Origin: Obrimoposthia wandeli
Lineage: Eukaryota
DNA length: 64,000 nt
Direction: 5' to 3'
NCBI GenBank assembly: GCA_977020255.1
Contig: CDROCS010000864.1
Span: forward strand, 1-64,000
Made by a program: the position numbers and the translations under genes. This document shows, in pieces, positions 30,620 to 42,485 of the stretch (its first letter is position 1; the number at the start of each line of letters is the position of its first letter). Under the pieces are notes generated by a model, which made no database searches, had not been told where the DNA came from, and saw nothing but the letters and a program-made list of their open reading frames with translations.

Positions 30620-31789
30620 ATGACCAGCACAATATTAAACAGAATAAACATGGGCTTTATTGCCGCGTTGATCGGCTTTACCAGTTCTATCGCCCTGATA
30701 TATCAAGCGGCGTCAAATCTTGGTGCCGACTTGGTGATGATATCAAGTTGGGTGTTTGCATTAGGTCTTGGTATGGGCATCACTTCGATTGGTTTATCTC
30801 TCTATTACCGCACGCCATTATTAATCGCCTGGTCAACACCGGGAGCGGCATTGCTCATCACCAGTACCCAAGGTTTTAGCATTAACGAAGCCGTTGCCGC
30901 CTTTATTTTTTCCGCTTGTTTAATTACCCTATCAGGTGTTTCGGGGTTATTTGAAAAATTAATGAACCGCGTGCCACTCCAAATTGCCAGTGCCATGTTA
31001 GCCGGAATATTATTGTCTTTTGGCATAGACGTATTTAATGTCATGAACGCATCACCACTGCTCATAGGTCTGATGTTTGTCACCTACTTAATTTGCAAAG
31101 TAGCTATCCCTCGTTTTGCTATGTTAGCTATTTTAATCGTCGGGATTACATCTGCATCGATGCAAGGATTGTTTGTCATGCCTGAGTTAGAATGGAGCAT
31201 CGGTCAACTGGTTTATATTGAACCGCAATGGAATGTTGCTGCGTTAATCAATATCGGCTTACCGCTATTTCTCGTCACAATGGCAACTCAGAACATGCCC
31301 GGTATCGCTATTTTAAAAGCCAATGGTTATCACGCCCCAGTATCCAAACTAATGACGGTGACAGGCGTAACGAATATTCTCATTGCACCGTTTGGTGGGT
31401 TTGGTATTAATTTAGCCGCAATAACTGCTGCAATTTGTATGTCAGCAGAAGTCGACCAAGATCCGAAGAAACGTTATTGGGCAGCAGTCAGTGCTGGGGC
31501 TTCCTATCTATTAATGGGATTATGCGCGTTAAGCTTAATGACCTTGTTCCAAGCCATGCCTACAGCCTTAATTATGGCCTTAGCGGGGATTGCCCTGTTT
31601 TCAACAATTGGTGGTAGCTTGCAACATGCCTTTGTTGAATCACCTTATAAAGAAGCCGCATTGATGACCTTTTTAGTCACCGCGTCTGACTTTACCTTAT
31701 GGAATATAGGGTCAGCATTGTGGGGGGTTGTCGCGGGATTAATCACTATCTCAGTAACAGCACTGCTTGCAACTAAAAAGGGGGAGTAA
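30620..31789 (+). CDS. BenE/YdcO family benzoate:H+ symporter-like transporter
   Basis: AWSTPGAALL, TMATQNMPG, NLAAITAAIC, FLVTAS. Confidence 0.93.
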   Translation: MTSTILNRINMGFIAALIGFTSSIALIYQAASNLGADLVMISSWVFALGLGMGITSIGLSLYYRTPLLIAWSTPGAALLITSTQGFSINEAVAAFIFSACLITLSGVSGLFEKLMNRVPLQIASAMLAGILLSFGIDVFNVMNASPLLIGLMFVTYLICKVAIPRFAMLAILIVGITSASMQGLFVMPELEWSIGQLVYIEPQWNVAALINIGLPLFLVTMATQNMPGIAILKANGYHAPVSKLMTVTGVTNILIAPFGGFGINLAAITAAICMSAEVDQDPKKRYWAAVSAGASYLLMGLCALSLMTLFQAMPTALIMALAGIALFSTIGGSLQHAFVESPYKEAALMTFLVTASDFTLWNIGSALWGVVAGLITISVTALLATKKGE

Positions 31790-31819
31790 TAGCGATTGCT
31801 ATTACTCCCCCCTTTTTAG
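31773..31819. terminator. Bidirectional terminator
   Basis: AAAAAGGGGGAGTAATAGC-GATT-GCTATTACTCCCCCCTTTTT. Confidence 0.85.
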
Positions 31820-31850
31820 TTTATCAATTTAATTATACATTCGTGTGTGA

Positions 31851-32561
31851 TTAGGCTTGTTGTTCTTGCTCATCAGATTCAAACCAGCGATATAGAATAC
31901 CCGCTAATATCGCCCCAACAATCGGCGCTACCCAGAATAACCACAGTTGCGATAGCGCCCAATCACCTTGGAAAATTGCCACACCAGTACTACGTGCAGG
32001 GTTAACCGAGGTATTTGTTACTGGGATACTGATCAAGTGAATCAAGGTCAGCCCTAAACCAATCGCAATTGGAGCAAGACCTTGTGGTGCACGTTTATCA
32101 GTAGCCCCTAGAATAATGATTAAGAACATGAACGTCATGACGATTTCAGTGACTAATGCCGCGACTAACGTATAACCACCTGGAGAATGCTCACCGTAAC
32201 CGTTTGACGCAAAACCAGCTGTAACATCAAAGCCTGCTTGACCACTCGCGATAACATATAATGTTGCAGCACCGGCGATGCCACCCAGTACTTGAGCAAG
32301 AATATAAGGGCCTAGTTCTGCAGCAGAGAAACGACCACCAGACCACAGTCCGATTGAAACGGCAGGATTAAGATGACAACCCGAAATATGACCAATCGCA
32401 AATGCCATGGTTAATACCGTCAAACCAAATGCCAACGATACACCTAACAGGCCAATACCAACATCTGGAAATGCCGCTGCTAATACAGCACTACCACAAC
32501 CACCGAGGACTAACCAAAATGTACCGATGAACTCTGCTGCCAATTTTTTTGTTAACGTCAT
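31851..32561 (-). CDS. aqpZ: Aquaporin Z
   Basis: HLNPAVS and SVNPARS NPA motifs; [10 protein letters not shown]. Confidence 0.97.
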   Translation of the reverse strand: MTLTKKLAAEFIGTFWLVLGGCGSAVLAAAFPDVGIGLLGVSLAFGLTVLTMAFAIGHISGCHLNPAVSIGLWSGGRFSAAELGPYILAQVLGGIAGAATLYVIASGQAGFDVTAGFASNGYGEHSPGGYTLVAALVTEIVMTFMFLIIILGATDKRAPQGLAPIAIGLGLTLIHLISIPVTNTSVNPARSTGVAIFQGDWALSQLWLFWVAPIVGAILAGILYRWFESDEQEQQA

Positions 32562-32747
32562 TCTTTATTCCTTTATAAATTTAGGTTACCACTTATCGTC
32601 ATTCAAGGTGGTCTCATTCGAAACTACCTCTGGTGTTTAAAAGGGTCAAGGTAGCTGTCTTATCTATTTGTAATGCATAAACAAACACAACCTAACCACT
32701 AATTTGTTAGTCAGTAAACGTAATATTGAACATCTACTGAGCATAGT

Positions 32748-33392
32748 TTAAAACAACAATTTTGCGCCCGTATTCAGCTGTCCTTGCCACATTAAATCTG
32801 CGTCAACAAACCATTTACAGTTGCCACTATTACAAAACAACGCTTGTGAGCTACTAATAAAAGTTGCGTACCCACGAACATCAGCAAAAAGTGAAAATCG
32901 AGGGGTTATTTGATACTCTGCGCCACCGCCAATGCCCATCGAAAAGTTCGTTTCATTGGAGAAACTGTCACCGGGACGCATCTGAGTCAGTCCAGCACTC
33001 GTGGTGATATAGGGACGAAAATTACCTTTAGGAAAATATAACGCGCCGCCTATATGTAAATAATCGACATCGAGACTGCTGATCACATCTTGGTTAAGAT
33101 TACTCGTCACTTTCAATTGGCTCGGCTGATGGCTGTAAAGTAAATAAATACTACCAGGATCTGGCGTGGTGACACCGGCCATCACTCCCCAATGGTTTGA
33201 TTCGGCAAAATTAACACTACTTTGCTCGACGCCATTTTCATCAATCGCCGACAATGTACTGCTGCCAAAGCTATAACCGCCAAACGGGGCAACAAATACC
33301 TCAGCCACAGCGACCTTGGTATTCACTAAAACACAGATCGCTACGACTGCAATCTTGACTATTTCAATCCTCAGTATTTGCTTATACCTCAT
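32748..33392 (-). CDS. Outer-membrane beta-barrel protein
   Basis: Signal peptide, amphipathic strands, C-terminal Phe. Confidence 0.8.
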   Translation of the reverse strand: MRYKQILRIEIVKIAVVAICVLVNTKVAVAEVFVAPFGGYSFGSSTLSAIDENGVEQSSVNFAESNHWGVMAGVTTPDPGSIYLLYSHQPSQLKVTSNLNQDVISSLDVDYLHIGGALYFPKGNFRPYITTSAGLTQMRPGDSFSNETNFSMGIGGGAEYQITPRFSLFADVRGYATFISSSQALFCNSGNCKWFVDADLMWQGQLNTGAKLLF

Positions 33393-33536
33393 AATACTCC
33401 CCGTAATATCGTGGTTAACTGTTAAAAATATAGCATCGCCTGCGTTTTATCCCCATCTACAGGATCACTTTTTCAACAAAAAACGATATACTGCCCTGCT
33501 AAATCGCCCTTTGCTTTCATAATACGAGATACAGAT

Positions 33537-35450
33537 ATGCTGCACCAAACGTTACAACACTACTTTGGCTATGATCAATTTAGAGAAGGCCAAGAAGCTG
33601 TCATTAACAATATTGTCAGTGGTCATTCCAGTGCAGCCATCTTTCCTACCGGCTCAGGTAAGTCACTATGCTATCAAGTATCTGCATTACATTTACCTCA
33701 CTTAACCTTAGTGATCTCGCCACTATTAGCACTGATCCAAGACCAGTTATTGTTTTTAAAAAAACATAACATCGCAGCCGCTAAAATTGATTCGAGTATG
33801 TCAGTAGATGATGTTCGCGATACCATGTCTAAAGTGCGTGAAGGCGAAGTAAAGATCTTAATGATCTCGGTTGAACGCTTGAAGAACGAGCGCTTTCGTA
33901 AATTTATCAAGCAAATACCAATCTCATTATTAGTGGTCGATGAAGCCCATTGTATTTCAGAGTGGGGCCATAACTTCCGTCCCGATTATTTGAAACTACC
34001 GCAATACCAAAAAGAGCTGAATATTAAACAAGCCTTGTTATTAACCGCAACAGCAACGCCATCGGTTATTAAAGACATGGAAACCAAGTTTAATATCGCC
34101 CCGAACAATATAATTAAAACCGGTTTCTATCGTGCTAACCTTAGTTTGTTAATGCATCCAATAGCCCAAGACAAAAAGCTGCAGGCACTAACGCGCTGGT
34201 TAGGTAAAAAATCAGGACAAGCATCCATTGTCTATGTCACCTTACAAAGAACCGCCGAAGAACTTGCGGGTGCTTTGCAAGAGTTTGGTATTGAAGCGGT
34301 GGCTTATCATGCGGGTATGCCCACTGATATACGCGAAGAAGTACAACAAAAATTTATGCGTAATGGCATAGACTGTATTGTTGCGACTATCGCTTTTGGC
34401 ATGGGCATTGATAAAAGTAACATTCGCAACGTCGTGCATTTTGATTTACCTAAATCCATTGAAAACTACAGCCAAGAAATTGGTCGTGCGGGTCGTGATG
34501 GCACTGATTCACAATGTCTGGTATTAGCCAATTTAGATAACCAAAGTATCCTCGAGAATTTCGTTTATGGTGATACCCCTGAACTTAATGGTATTGAGGC
34601 AGTACTTCGCGAGATCCAAGCTGCAGGCACTGAATGGGAACATACGTTATACGGACTGTCGATGGACAGTAATTTACGTCAAGCACCGTTAAAAACCCTA
34701 TTAGTGTATTTAGAAATGCAAGGGATCATCAAGCCGCTGTATTCTTATTTCGCTGAATACCGCTTTAAGTTCTTAAAAGATCCAGCGCAAATCCTGAATC
34801 AATTTACCGATGAAAAACGTGTTTTTATTGAAGAGATATTTAACGCATCGCCAGCGAAACGTACTTGGGCAACGGTTAACTTTGAACGTATGAGTGAAGG
34901 CTATCAAGAACAGCGTAGCCGCGTGATCACCGCGTTGGAATTTTTGCATGAACGCAATAACATCGTGCTCGAAAGCAAGTTGATGACCGATGTATATCAG
35001 ATATTGAACTCGCGTTTTGATAGCCAACAATTAGCCGAAACACTGCATAAACAATTTGCGACCAAAGAGACCAGTGAGATTAAGCGTGTGCATGCAGTTG
35101 GTCAGTACATTCAAAGTGCACAATGTTTGAGTAAAGGCTTATCAACTTACTTTGGTGACGATAAAGCGCCAGTGCAATGTGGCACATGCTCTGTCTGTCA
35201 GGGACGTATTGCACAACTACCACAACCAGCAAGTATGCCGGCGTTATCCGCTGAACAAGTGGCAGAGCTAAGCCAAGCGTTTATCAGCGCTTGTGATAAG
35301 CGCCCTACGCCAGTATTAACCACGCGTTTCTTATGTGGTATCAGCACACCTTTGTTCATGAAAATGAAAGCGAAGAAGATCAGTAACTTTGCAGCCTTGC
35401 AAGCTTACCCTTATCAGCAAATATTAACGCTACTAACCAACCAACAATAA
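33537..35450 (+). CDS. RecQ-family DNA helicase without an obvious HRDC domain
   Basis: PTGSGKSLCYQ, VDEAHCISEWGHNFRP, QEIGRAGRDG, C-terminal CGTCSVC. Confidence 0.93.
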   Translation: MLHQTLQHYFGYDQFREGQEAVINNIVSGHSSAAIFPTGSGKSLCYQVSALHLPHLTLVISPLLALIQDQLLFLKKHNIAAAKIDSSMSVDDVRDTMSKVREGEVKILMISVERLKNERFRKFIKQIPISLLVVDEAHCISEWGHNFRPDYLKLPQYQKELNIKQALLLTATATPSVIKDMETKFNIAPNNIIKTGFYRANLSLLMHPIAQDKKLQALTRWLGKKSGQASIVYVTLQRTAEELAGALQEFGIEAVAYHAGMPTDIREEVQQKFMRNGIDCIVATIAFGMGIDKSNIRNVVHFDLPKSIENYSQEIGRAGRDGTDSQCLVLANLDNQSILENFVYGDTPELNGIEAVLREIQAAGTEWEHTLYGLSMDSNLRQAPLKTLLVYLEMQGIIKPLYSYFAEYRFKFLKDPAQILNQFTDEKRVFIEEIFNASPAKRTWATVNFERMSEGYQEQRSRVITALEFLHERNNIVLESKLMTDVYQILNSRFDSQQLAETLHKQFATKETSEIKRVHAVGQYIQSAQCLSKGLSTYFGDDKAPVQCGTCSVCQGRIAQLPQPASMPALSAEQVAELSQAFISACDKRPTPVLTTRFLCGISTPLFMKMKAKKISNFAALQAYPYQQILTLLTNQQ

Positions 35451-35577
35451 TTTTACTTCCGCATAAAAAAATAGCGCTACAGATGCTGCAGCGCTATTTT
35501 CAATTCATCATTACAAATTAAATTTGCAACGTTTAACCACTATTTATTCATAGCGACTATTTATCCATAACGACTAA

Positions 35578-36075
35578 TTATAGTGCTTGAAGTGCTAGAT
35601 CATAGTTAGCTTCGTCAGTGATTTCAGCTACTAATTCGCTATGTGTAACAACACCTTCAGCATTGATACATACAACAGCACGCGTTGTTAAACCACGTAA
35701 TGCGCCATCAGGGATAGCAACGCCGTACGCTTGAGCAAATTCAGGGCTGCGGAATGTTGATGCGTGCTGCACGTTAGCAATGCCTTCAACTTCACAAAAA
35801 CGACCAGTCGCAAACGGTAGATCAGCAGAAATACAGACAACAACCGTATTTTCTAATGCTGCAGCAGCTTCATTGAATTTACGCACACCAGCAGCACATA
35901 CAGGCGTATCGATACTTGGGAAAATATTAAGTACAACTTTCTTACCTTGTAAGCTAACAAGTGTTAAATCAGACAAGTCGCCGGCTGTTAATGAGAATAC
36001 TGGTGCTAATGAACCAACTGCTGGGATAGTACCTGAGATGTTTACAGCATCGCCTTGAAAAGTAACTTGAGTCAT
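35578..36075 (-). CDS. tpx: Thiol peroxidase Tpx
   Basis: [20 protein letters not shown]. Confidence 0.96.
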   Translation of the reverse strand: MTQVTFQGDAVNISGTIPAVGSLAPVFSLTAGDLSDLTLVSLQGKKVVLNIFPSIDTPVCAAGVRKFNEAAAALENTVVVCISADLPFATGRFCEVEGIANVQHASTFRSPEFAQAYGVAIPDGALRGLTTRAVVCINAEGVVTHSELVAEITDEANYDLALQAL

Positions 36076-36126
36076 ATGTTTATCCGTTTATTAAATGAAG
36101 TCGATTAATTTGAATAGAACGCTAAA

Positions 36127-36140
36127 TTGATCCAGATCAA
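36127..36140. promoter_or_regulatory. FNR box upstream of tpx
   Basis: Perfect TTGAT-CCAG-ATCAA about 50 bp upstream of the tpx ATG. Confidence 0.7.
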
Positions 36141-36273
36141 CAAAGTATTGTGGAATATATAACGTTATAGCATGTGTGTATACGTCCATTGTGTAAGATA
36201 TTGTCAGGTCATACCTATTACATTTTTTATGAAACTTAGTGATGACACTTAACTAACCCAGTAAAATGTTTAT

Positions 36274-36310
36274 AAAAAAAGGGCGATGCATTAACTGCAT
36301 CGCCCTTTTT
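36274..36310 (-). terminator. Terminator after nagE
   Basis: AAAAAGGGCGATGCA-TTAAC-TGCATCGCCCTTTTT. Confidence 0.85.
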
Positions 36311-36353
36311 ACCGAGTGGTTAACTACTAAGTAGCTACCTCATGGCAAGGATA

Positions 36354-37808
36354 TTAAACAAGTTTTTTAAGTGCGTTAGCAACGAATTCAACTTGTGGAC
36401 CAATTACTACTTGAACAGCAGTTTTACTTGGCTTGATTACACCTGGTACGTGGCGCTTAAGTTCAGCGTCATTTACTAATGCAGAATCTTTAACGTCAAG
36501 TCGTAAACGTGTTGCACAGTTATCAACGTGTACTAGGTTGTCTTTACCACCAACAAGTTCGAAAACTTTAGCAGCAACTTCAGCGTGAGATGCTTTACCT
36601 GCTTTAGCCGGAGCTGCAGCTTCTTCACCAGCGTCTTCGCGGCCAGGAGTCTTAAGGTTAAACTTAACGATGATAGTGCGGAATGACACATAGTAGATTA
36701 CGAAGAATGCAGCACCTTGAACAAGCAACATGTACCACTGTGTCGCAAGTGGGTTACGTGAAGACAATACTAAATCAACTAGACCAGCACTGAAACCGAA
36801 GCCTGCAATCCAATGCATTGAAGCCGCAATAAATACTGATACACCAGTAAAGAATGCATGCAGTAAAAATAGTGCAGGTGCAACGAACATGAATGAGAAT
36901 TCAAGCGGTTCTGTAACACCAGTGAAGAATGTTGCGAAACCAGCAGCCATCATGATAGAGGTTACTTTCGCTTTATTTTCAGGTTTAGCTGTATGGATGA
37001 ACGCTAACGCGGCACCTAATAGACCAAACATCATGATTGGGAAGAAACCAGCTTGGTACATACCAGTAACACCAACTGTTGCGTTGCCGTTTTCTAGTGA
37101 TTGTGCGCCACCAAGGAAGTTAGGAATATCGTTAATACCAGCAACGTCAAACCAGAATACTGAGTTAAGTGCATGGTGAAGACCAACTGGGATAAGCATA
37201 CGGTTAAAGAATGCGTAGATACCAGCGCCTGTAGGGCCCATATCTTTAATACTCGTACCGAACGTTACTAGACCATCAAAAATCATTGGCCAGATGTACA
37301 TAAGTACAAATGATACACCCATCATTACAAACGAAGTAACGATTGGTACTAAACGACGACCACTGAAGAAGGTAAGTGCTTTCGGCAGCTCAACTTCACT
37401 GAAGCGGTTATAAAGTTCAGCAGAGATAACACCAACTAGGATACCAACGAATTGGTTGTTGATTTTACCGAAGGCTGCAGAAACTTGATCAGCGCCAACA
37501 CCTTGGATAGCAGCAACTGCACCCGGTGAAAGTAGCGTTGTCACAACGAGGAAGCCAACAAGACCAGCAAGCGCGGCTGAACCGTCTTTGTCTTTTGACA
37601 TACCATAAGCAACACCGACAGCGAATAGAAGAGACATGTTATCAATGATTGCAGCACCAGATTTGATGAAGAATGCTGCAAGCATGCTTTCACCGCCCCA
37701 TGCTACTGGATCAATCCAATAACCTATACCCATTAATACAGCAGCAGCAGGTAAAACTGCCACTGGAACCATTAGTGCACGACCAATTTTTTGCAAATAG
37801 CTAAACAT
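36354..37808 (-). CDS. nagE: PTS N-acetylglucosamine EIICB
   Basis: Likely start MFSYLQKIGRALM at 37808; GVTEPLEF; EIIB DNCATRLR; no fused EIIA. Confidence 0.95.
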   Translation of the reverse strand: MFSYLQKIGRALMVPVAVLPAAAVLMGIGYWIDPVAWGGESMLAAFFIKSGAAIIDNMSLLFAVGVAYGMSKDKDGSAALAGLVGFLVVTTLLSPGAVAAIQGVGADQVSAAFGKINNQFVGILVGVISAELYNRFSEVELPKALTFFSGRRLVPIVTSFVMMGVSFVLMYIWPMIFDGLVTFGTSIKDMGPTGAGIYAFFNRMLIPVGLHHALNSVFWFDVAGINDIPNFLGGAQSLENGNATVGVTGMYQAGFFPIMMFGLLGAALAFIHTAKPENKAKVTSIMMAAGFATFFTGVTEPLEFSFMFVAPALFLLHAFFTGVSVFIAASMHWIAGFGFSAGLVDLVLSSRNPLATQWYMLLVQGAAFFVIYYVSFRTIIVKFNLKTPGREDAGEEAAAPAKAGKASHAEVAAKVFELVGGKDNLVHVDNCATRLRLDVKDSALVNDAELKRHVPGVIKPSKTAVQVVIGPQVEFVANALKKLV

Positions 37809-37915
37809 AACAGCCACCATCCTTATCTTAAGTTTAAAATCCAATAAATGTTTTGTTCTTGTTATGAAACTGTAGCAGTTCCATTACGAGAACAGACTTT
37901 GTACTTACTCCATAA

Positions 37916-38064
37916 CTTATTTCGTAATGTAAAGTAAGAAGGGGTAAATGACAAACCAAATTCATCATTAATTCGCTGCACTGTGATCTATTTCAACCAT
38001 TTGAGCATAAAAAGACAAGTTTTGATGGCTGGATCCGAAAACTTAATTTACAATTAAAAAAAAG
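37916..38064. promoter_or_regulatory. Two NagC operators flanking a CRP-like site
   Basis: CTTATTTCGTAATGTAAAGTAAG (37916-37938) and CTTAATTTACAATTAAAAAAAAG (38042-38064); TGTGA-N6-TCAAC at 37982. Confidence 0.65.
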
Positions 38065-38100
38065 TATCAATTATCATTAAAAAATTATAGAGAGTATCGC

Positions 38101-38910
38101 ATGAGATTAATTCCTTTGAATACCCCAGCTCAAGTCGGTCGCTGGAGCGCAGCTTACATCGTTAATAAAATTAACGCGTTTAATCCAACTGCAGATAAGC
38201 CCTTTGTTTTAGGCCTACCAACTGGCGGTACTCCACTTACTACGTATAAAGAGTTAATCAAATTACACCTAGCGGGTGACGTTAGCTTCAAGCACGTTGT
38301 TACGTTTAATATGGACGAATATGTTGGTATCGACAAACATCATCCAGAAAGTTACTACACATTTATGCACAGTAACTTTTTCGATCACATCGATATTCAA
38401 GCAGACAACATCAACCTACTAAACGGTCAAGCTGAAGATTTAGAAGCTGAATGTCAGCGTTATGAAGATAAAATCAAAAGCTACGGTCAAATCAACCTAT
38501 TCATGGGTGGCGTCGGTGTTGATGGTCATATCGCCTTTAACGAACCAGCATCATCACTGGCTTCACGTACACGCATTAAAACGCTAACAGAAGATACGCG
38601 TATCGTTAACTCACGCTTCTTCGACAACGATATTAGCCAAGTGCCAAAATTAGCACTGACTGTTGGTGTTGGTACGCTATTAGATTCAAAAGAAATTTTA
38701 GTGCTAATCACAGGCCACAACAAGGCATTAGCACTTGAAGCCGCAGTAGAAGGCAGCGTCAACCACCTTTGGACTATCTCTGCACTACAACTACACGCTA
38801 AATCAATCATTGCTTGTGACGAACCAGCAACGATGGAATTAAAAGTTAAAACTGTACGCTACTTTAAACAGCTAGAAGCGCAGAATATTCAAAGCTTTAT
38901 TGCGGAGTAA
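38101..38910 (+). CDS. nagB: Glucosamine-6-phosphate deaminase
   Basis: [25 protein letters not shown]. Confidence 0.97.
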   Translation: MRLIPLNTPAQVGRWSAAYIVNKINAFNPTADKPFVLGLPTGGTPLTTYKELIKLHLAGDVSFKHVVTFNMDEYVGIDKHHPESYYTFMHSNFFDHIDIQADNINLLNGQAEDLEAECQRYEDKIKSYGQINLFMGGVGVDGHIAFNEPASSLASRTRIKTLTEDTRIVNSRFFDNDISQVPKLALTVGVGTLLDSKEILVLITGHNKALALEAAVEGSVNHLWTISALQLHAKSIIACDEPATMELKVKTVRYFKQLEAQNIQSFIAE

Positions 38911-38914
38911 ATCT

Positions 38915-40051
38915 ATGTATGCACTCACTAATTGTACTATCTACACAAACGACAGTGTGTTAACTGAGCACTGTGTAATTGTCGATGGTGAATACATTCA
39001 TGACCTCGTTTCTGTTGCTGACTGCCCTGCCGAGATCACCAAGATTGATCTGGCAGGCGCAAACCTAACGGCTGGTTTTATTGATTTACAACTAAATGGT
39101 TGTGGTGGGGTATTATTTAATACTGATATTAGTATTAACACCCTTGAGATCATGCAACAAACTAACGAACGTTTTGGTTGCACCAGCTACTTGCCAACAC
39201 TGATCACGGCGACCGATGAAGCAATGAAATCTGCTATCGATACCATGACGGCGTATTTGGACAAACACAGTAACCAAGCACTGGGGTTACATTTAGAAGG
39301 TCCTTACCTGTCGAAAGTGAAAAAAGGCATACATAGCATTGACCTTATTCGCCGTAGTGAACAGGCAATGATCGACCATATCTGTGCCAACAGTGCTGTG
39401 ATTAGCAAAGTAACCTTAGCACCAGAACATACTGACGCGGCGCATATTAGCCAATTAACCGCAGCAGACGTATTGGTATCCGTTGGCCACACCAACGCAA
39501 CGTATACCGAATGTATGCAAGGTTTTGATGCTGGGGCGCGTTTTGCTACGCACCTATTTAACGCGATGACATCTATCACTGGTCGTGATCCGGGTGTGGT
39601 TGGCGCGATTTACGACCATAAAGACGTTTACGCCGGTATTATCGTTGATGGCCACCATGTCGATTACGCCAATGTGCGTATGAGCCATAAACTGATGGGC
39701 GAAAAATTAGTCTTAGTGACTGATGCGGTTGCCCCAGCGGGTGCTAACATCGAGTCTTTTGACTTCGTGGGCACAGAAGTGTTCTATCGCGATGGTAAAT
39801 GTGTTGGCGCCGATGGTACACTAGGCGGCTCAGCATTAACTATGATTGAAGCAGTTGAAAATACAGTGAAACATGTTGGCTTACCGCTAGATGAGACACT
39901 GCGTATGGCAAATCTATACCCTGCAAAAGCAATCGGTGTAGACGATAAATTGGGTAGCATTGCAAAAGGCAAAGTTGCGAATTTAACAGCCTTTGATGCG
40001 GATTTTACTGTTATCAAAACGATCGTCAACGGACAAGTGAAAAGCTTCTAA
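38915..40051 (+). CDS. nagA: N-acetylglucosamine-6-phosphate deacetylase
   Basis: [28 protein letters not shown]; start MYAL behind GGAG. Confidence 0.96.
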   Translation: MYALTNCTIYTNDSVLTEHCVIVDGEYIHDLVSVADCPAEITKIDLAGANLTAGFIDLQLNGCGGVLFNTDISINTLEIMQQTNERFGCTSYLPTLITATDEAMKSAIDTMTAYLDKHSNQALGLHLEGPYLSKVKKGIHSIDLIRRSEQAMIDHICANSAVISKVTLAPEHTDAAHISQLTAADVLVSVGHTNATYTECMQGFDAGARFATHLFNAMTSITGRDPGVVGAIYDHKDVYAGIIVDGHHVDYANVRMSHKLMGEKLVLVTDAVAPAGANIESFDFVGTEVFYRDGKCVGADGTLGGSALTMIEAVENTVKHVGLPLDETLRMANLYPAKAIGVDDKLGSIAKGKVANLTAFDADFTVIKTIVNGQVKSF

Positions 40052-40053
40052 TT

Positions 40054-41280
40054 ATGAAACATAGCCCAGTCGCCAATATTGAATTTATTAAACAAGTCAA
40101 TACGGCTTCTGTTTATCGCCTTGTCGATGAACAGAAGCAAATTTCACGTGTTGATTTAGCAAAACTTAGTGAGCTAGCGCCTGCCAGTATTACTAAGATG
40201 ACACGTCAATTAATGGCGGCGGGGTTAATTAAAGAAGTTGCACAACAAGCCTCTACCGGCGGTCGACCAGCCATATCTCTCACGTGCGAGATAGAACCAT
40301 TTGTCTTTATTAGTTGTAAACTTGGTCGTAATAATTTAACTATCGCTTTGCATGATATTGCTGGCACTAAGCTAATCGAAAATCGTTCGGCATTAAGCAC
40401 AGCTCCCGATAATGATGTTATCCCGTTTTTATTAACGCAAATAGCCGATTTTATTAGCGCTAACATAAACCCTGACACACAAACTCTGATCGCCATTGCG
40501 GTGACATCACCCGGCTTGATCGACCGTGAATCAGGTACCATAGTGTATCTACCAAAACACAATTTAAAAGATATTCCGCTCGGGAAAATGCTCACTAAAG
40601 CGTTTAACGTGCCCGCTTATATTGCCAATCATACCCAAGCTTTATCATTAGCTGAACTGTACTTTGGTGCTGCGCAAGACTGCCAAGACAGTGTATTACT
40701 GTCGGTGCATGATGGTGTCGGTTCTGGCATTATTAATAACGGTAAAATCTTTACTAACTACAATAACCAAGTTGGTGAAATCGGTCATATCCGTATTGAC
40801 CCACTCGGTCTACCTTGTCACTGTGGTAGTCACGGTTGTTTAGAAACCATCGCCTCTAATGAAGCGATTCTAAAACAGGTCAAAGGATTAATTAAACAAG
40901 GTCACGAAACATCACTGACCCTTGAAGGCTTAACTATCGAAGCTATTTGTAATGCCGCCAATAGTGGCGACGAATTAGCCGTACAAGTATTACAACGAGT
41001 GAGTAAATTACTCGGTCAATCAATTGCCATTATCGTCAATTTGTTTAACCCACAAAAAGTGTTAATCAAAGGCGAAATCGTAGCAGCGAAAAATTTAATT
41101 TTCCCTATGATTGAACACAGTGTACAACAACACGCTTTAGGCAGTTTCGTACCGAACTTGATCATCAGTGAAGCCGAGTTTCAAAATGAACCATCAATGG
41201 CCGGTGTCGCGTTAGTCCGCAAGGCGTTATTAGAAGGTAGCCTGCTTAGCTATATCATTAATGAGCAGACGCTTAGTTAG
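40054..41280 (+). CDS. nagC: ROK-family repressor NagC
   Basis: HTH, STGGRPA, GEIGH, C.CG..GCLET. Confidence 0.93.
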   Translation: MKHSPVANIEFIKQVNTASVYRLVDEQKQISRVDLAKLSELAPASITKMTRQLMAAGLIKEVAQQASTGGRPAISLTCEIEPFVFISCKLGRNNLTIALHDIAGTKLIENRSALSTAPDNDVIPFLLTQIADFISANINPDTQTLIAIAVTSPGLIDRESGTIVYLPKHNLKDIPLGKMLTKAFNVPAYIANHTQALSLAELYFGAAQDCQDSVLLSVHDGVGSGIINNGKIFTNYNNQVGEIGHIRIDPLGLPCHCGSHGCLETIASNEAILKQVKGLIKQGHETSLTLEGLTIEAICNAANSGDELAVQVLQRVSKLLGQSIAIIVNLFNPQKVLIKGEIVAAKNLIFPMIEHSVQQHALGSFVPNLIISEAEFQNEPSMAGVALVRKALLEGSLLSYIINEQTLS

Positions 41281-41410
41281 CGGATGACTTACCCCAAGCG
41301 ACGTCAGTGCGTTTGGGGTCCCCCTTCTCCAACTTGGTTATCATTTTTTCTTTTATTTGTTATAATCCCCTATATTCAGCCTTGCTGAACAATCCCTTTA
41401 TTGACTATTA

Positions 41411-41752
41411 ATGAGTACTGATATGCATTTTGATGACAATATCCGCATGGTTTTCTCGACTGAAACTGGCCGTATTAAAGAAGAAAAACAAATTGAAACG
41501 GCACCGGATGGTGATGGTATTGTGCGTATTCGCCGTGAAACCAAAGGCCGTAAAGGCAAAGGTGCAACGACGATTAGTGGTATCGACTTACCCGAGAAAG
41601 ACTTGAAAGCACTGGCTAAAGAATTAAAAAAGAAAAGTGGTGTTGGCGGCAGTGTTAAAGACTTCGTCATCGAGATCCAAGGCGACCAACGTGATATTGC
41701 GAAAGAGTTTTTAGAGAAAAAAGGTTATACCGTGAAACTCGCGGGCGGTTAA
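41411..41752 (+). CDS. yciH: SUI1-family protein YciH
   Basis: RETKGRKGK, IEIQGD.R, KLAGG. Confidence 0.95.
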   Translation: MSTDMHFDDNIRMVFSTETGRIKEEKQIETAPDGDGIVRIRRETKGRKGKGATTISGIDLPEKDLKALAKELKKKSGVGGSVKDFVIEIQGDQRDIAKEFLEKKGYTVKLAGG

Positions 41753-41822
41753 TCGCGCGCTAATTATCAATGTTCTACAGGCATCGCTGATAGAACATTG
41801 AGAAGCCAGTATTTGCTGTAAG

Positions 41823-42083
41823 TTAGTCATCAAGGTGGGTAGCAGAATTACCATAGCGGGAATTAAACGCACTGTAACTATCTGCAGAACTCTCCGTACC
41901 CTCTCGCATCTCTATATAGGTATTCGAATTCCCCAGCGGATGAGGATATATATAGGGGATATCATCATTTTCTATTGGCTCCTCAAAATAACTATCATCC
42001 CCCTGAGTATCACTACTACAAGCACTCAACACACCTGATATAACGATGAGCATCATCCACATTTTTGTCACAGCTTTCATCAT
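41823..42083 (-). CDS. Small hypothetical lipoprotein
   Basis: LSAC lipobox after a hydrophobic stretch. Confidence 0.6.
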   Translation of the reverse strand: MMKAVTKMWMMLIVISGVLSACSSDTQGDDSYFEEPIENDDIPYIYPHPLGNSNTYIEMREGTESSADSYSAFNSRYGNSATHLDD

Positions 42084-42264
42084 TCACACCTCATATTTTT
42101 ACTGATACTTTCTGCGGTACATCAATTATAAATTAACTATAGCTCCTAGAGTGACGAGCGTCACGTTAACGCCCATCAGAGCTACCTTTAAACACTTGTC
42201 ATTTGTATCAAATCAAGGCAACATAACCTTGTCGGCAGTGATCTCATGATCCGCTGTACGATAT

Positions 42265-42485
42265 AATTCTCAGGGCGGGGTGTAATTCCCCACCGGCGGT
42301 AATAATAAGGCACATGATTTATTCGTAGCCTATTTCAGCCCGCGAGCGCCTAAGTTGACGATTATTAATAAAGTCATCGCTTAGGGTCAGCAGATCTGGT
42401 GAACGCTATGCCATATAGCCTAGTCCAGAGCCGACGGTAATGAACATATTCATCGAGTATGTCGAAGTCCGGATGAGAGAGAATA
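42265..42485 (+). ncRNA. FMN riboswitch (RFN element)
   Basis: TCAGGGCGGGGTG.AATTCCCCACCGGCGGT, AGCCCGCGAGCG, AGCAGATCTGGTG, CCAGAGCCGACGG, AGTCCGGATGAGAGAG; upstream of ribB. Confidence 0.97.

Noticed and set aside
33537-35450. RecQ lacking HRDC as a novel helicase
   Set aside because: Secondary RecQ paralogs with this C-terminus are common in gammaproteobacteria
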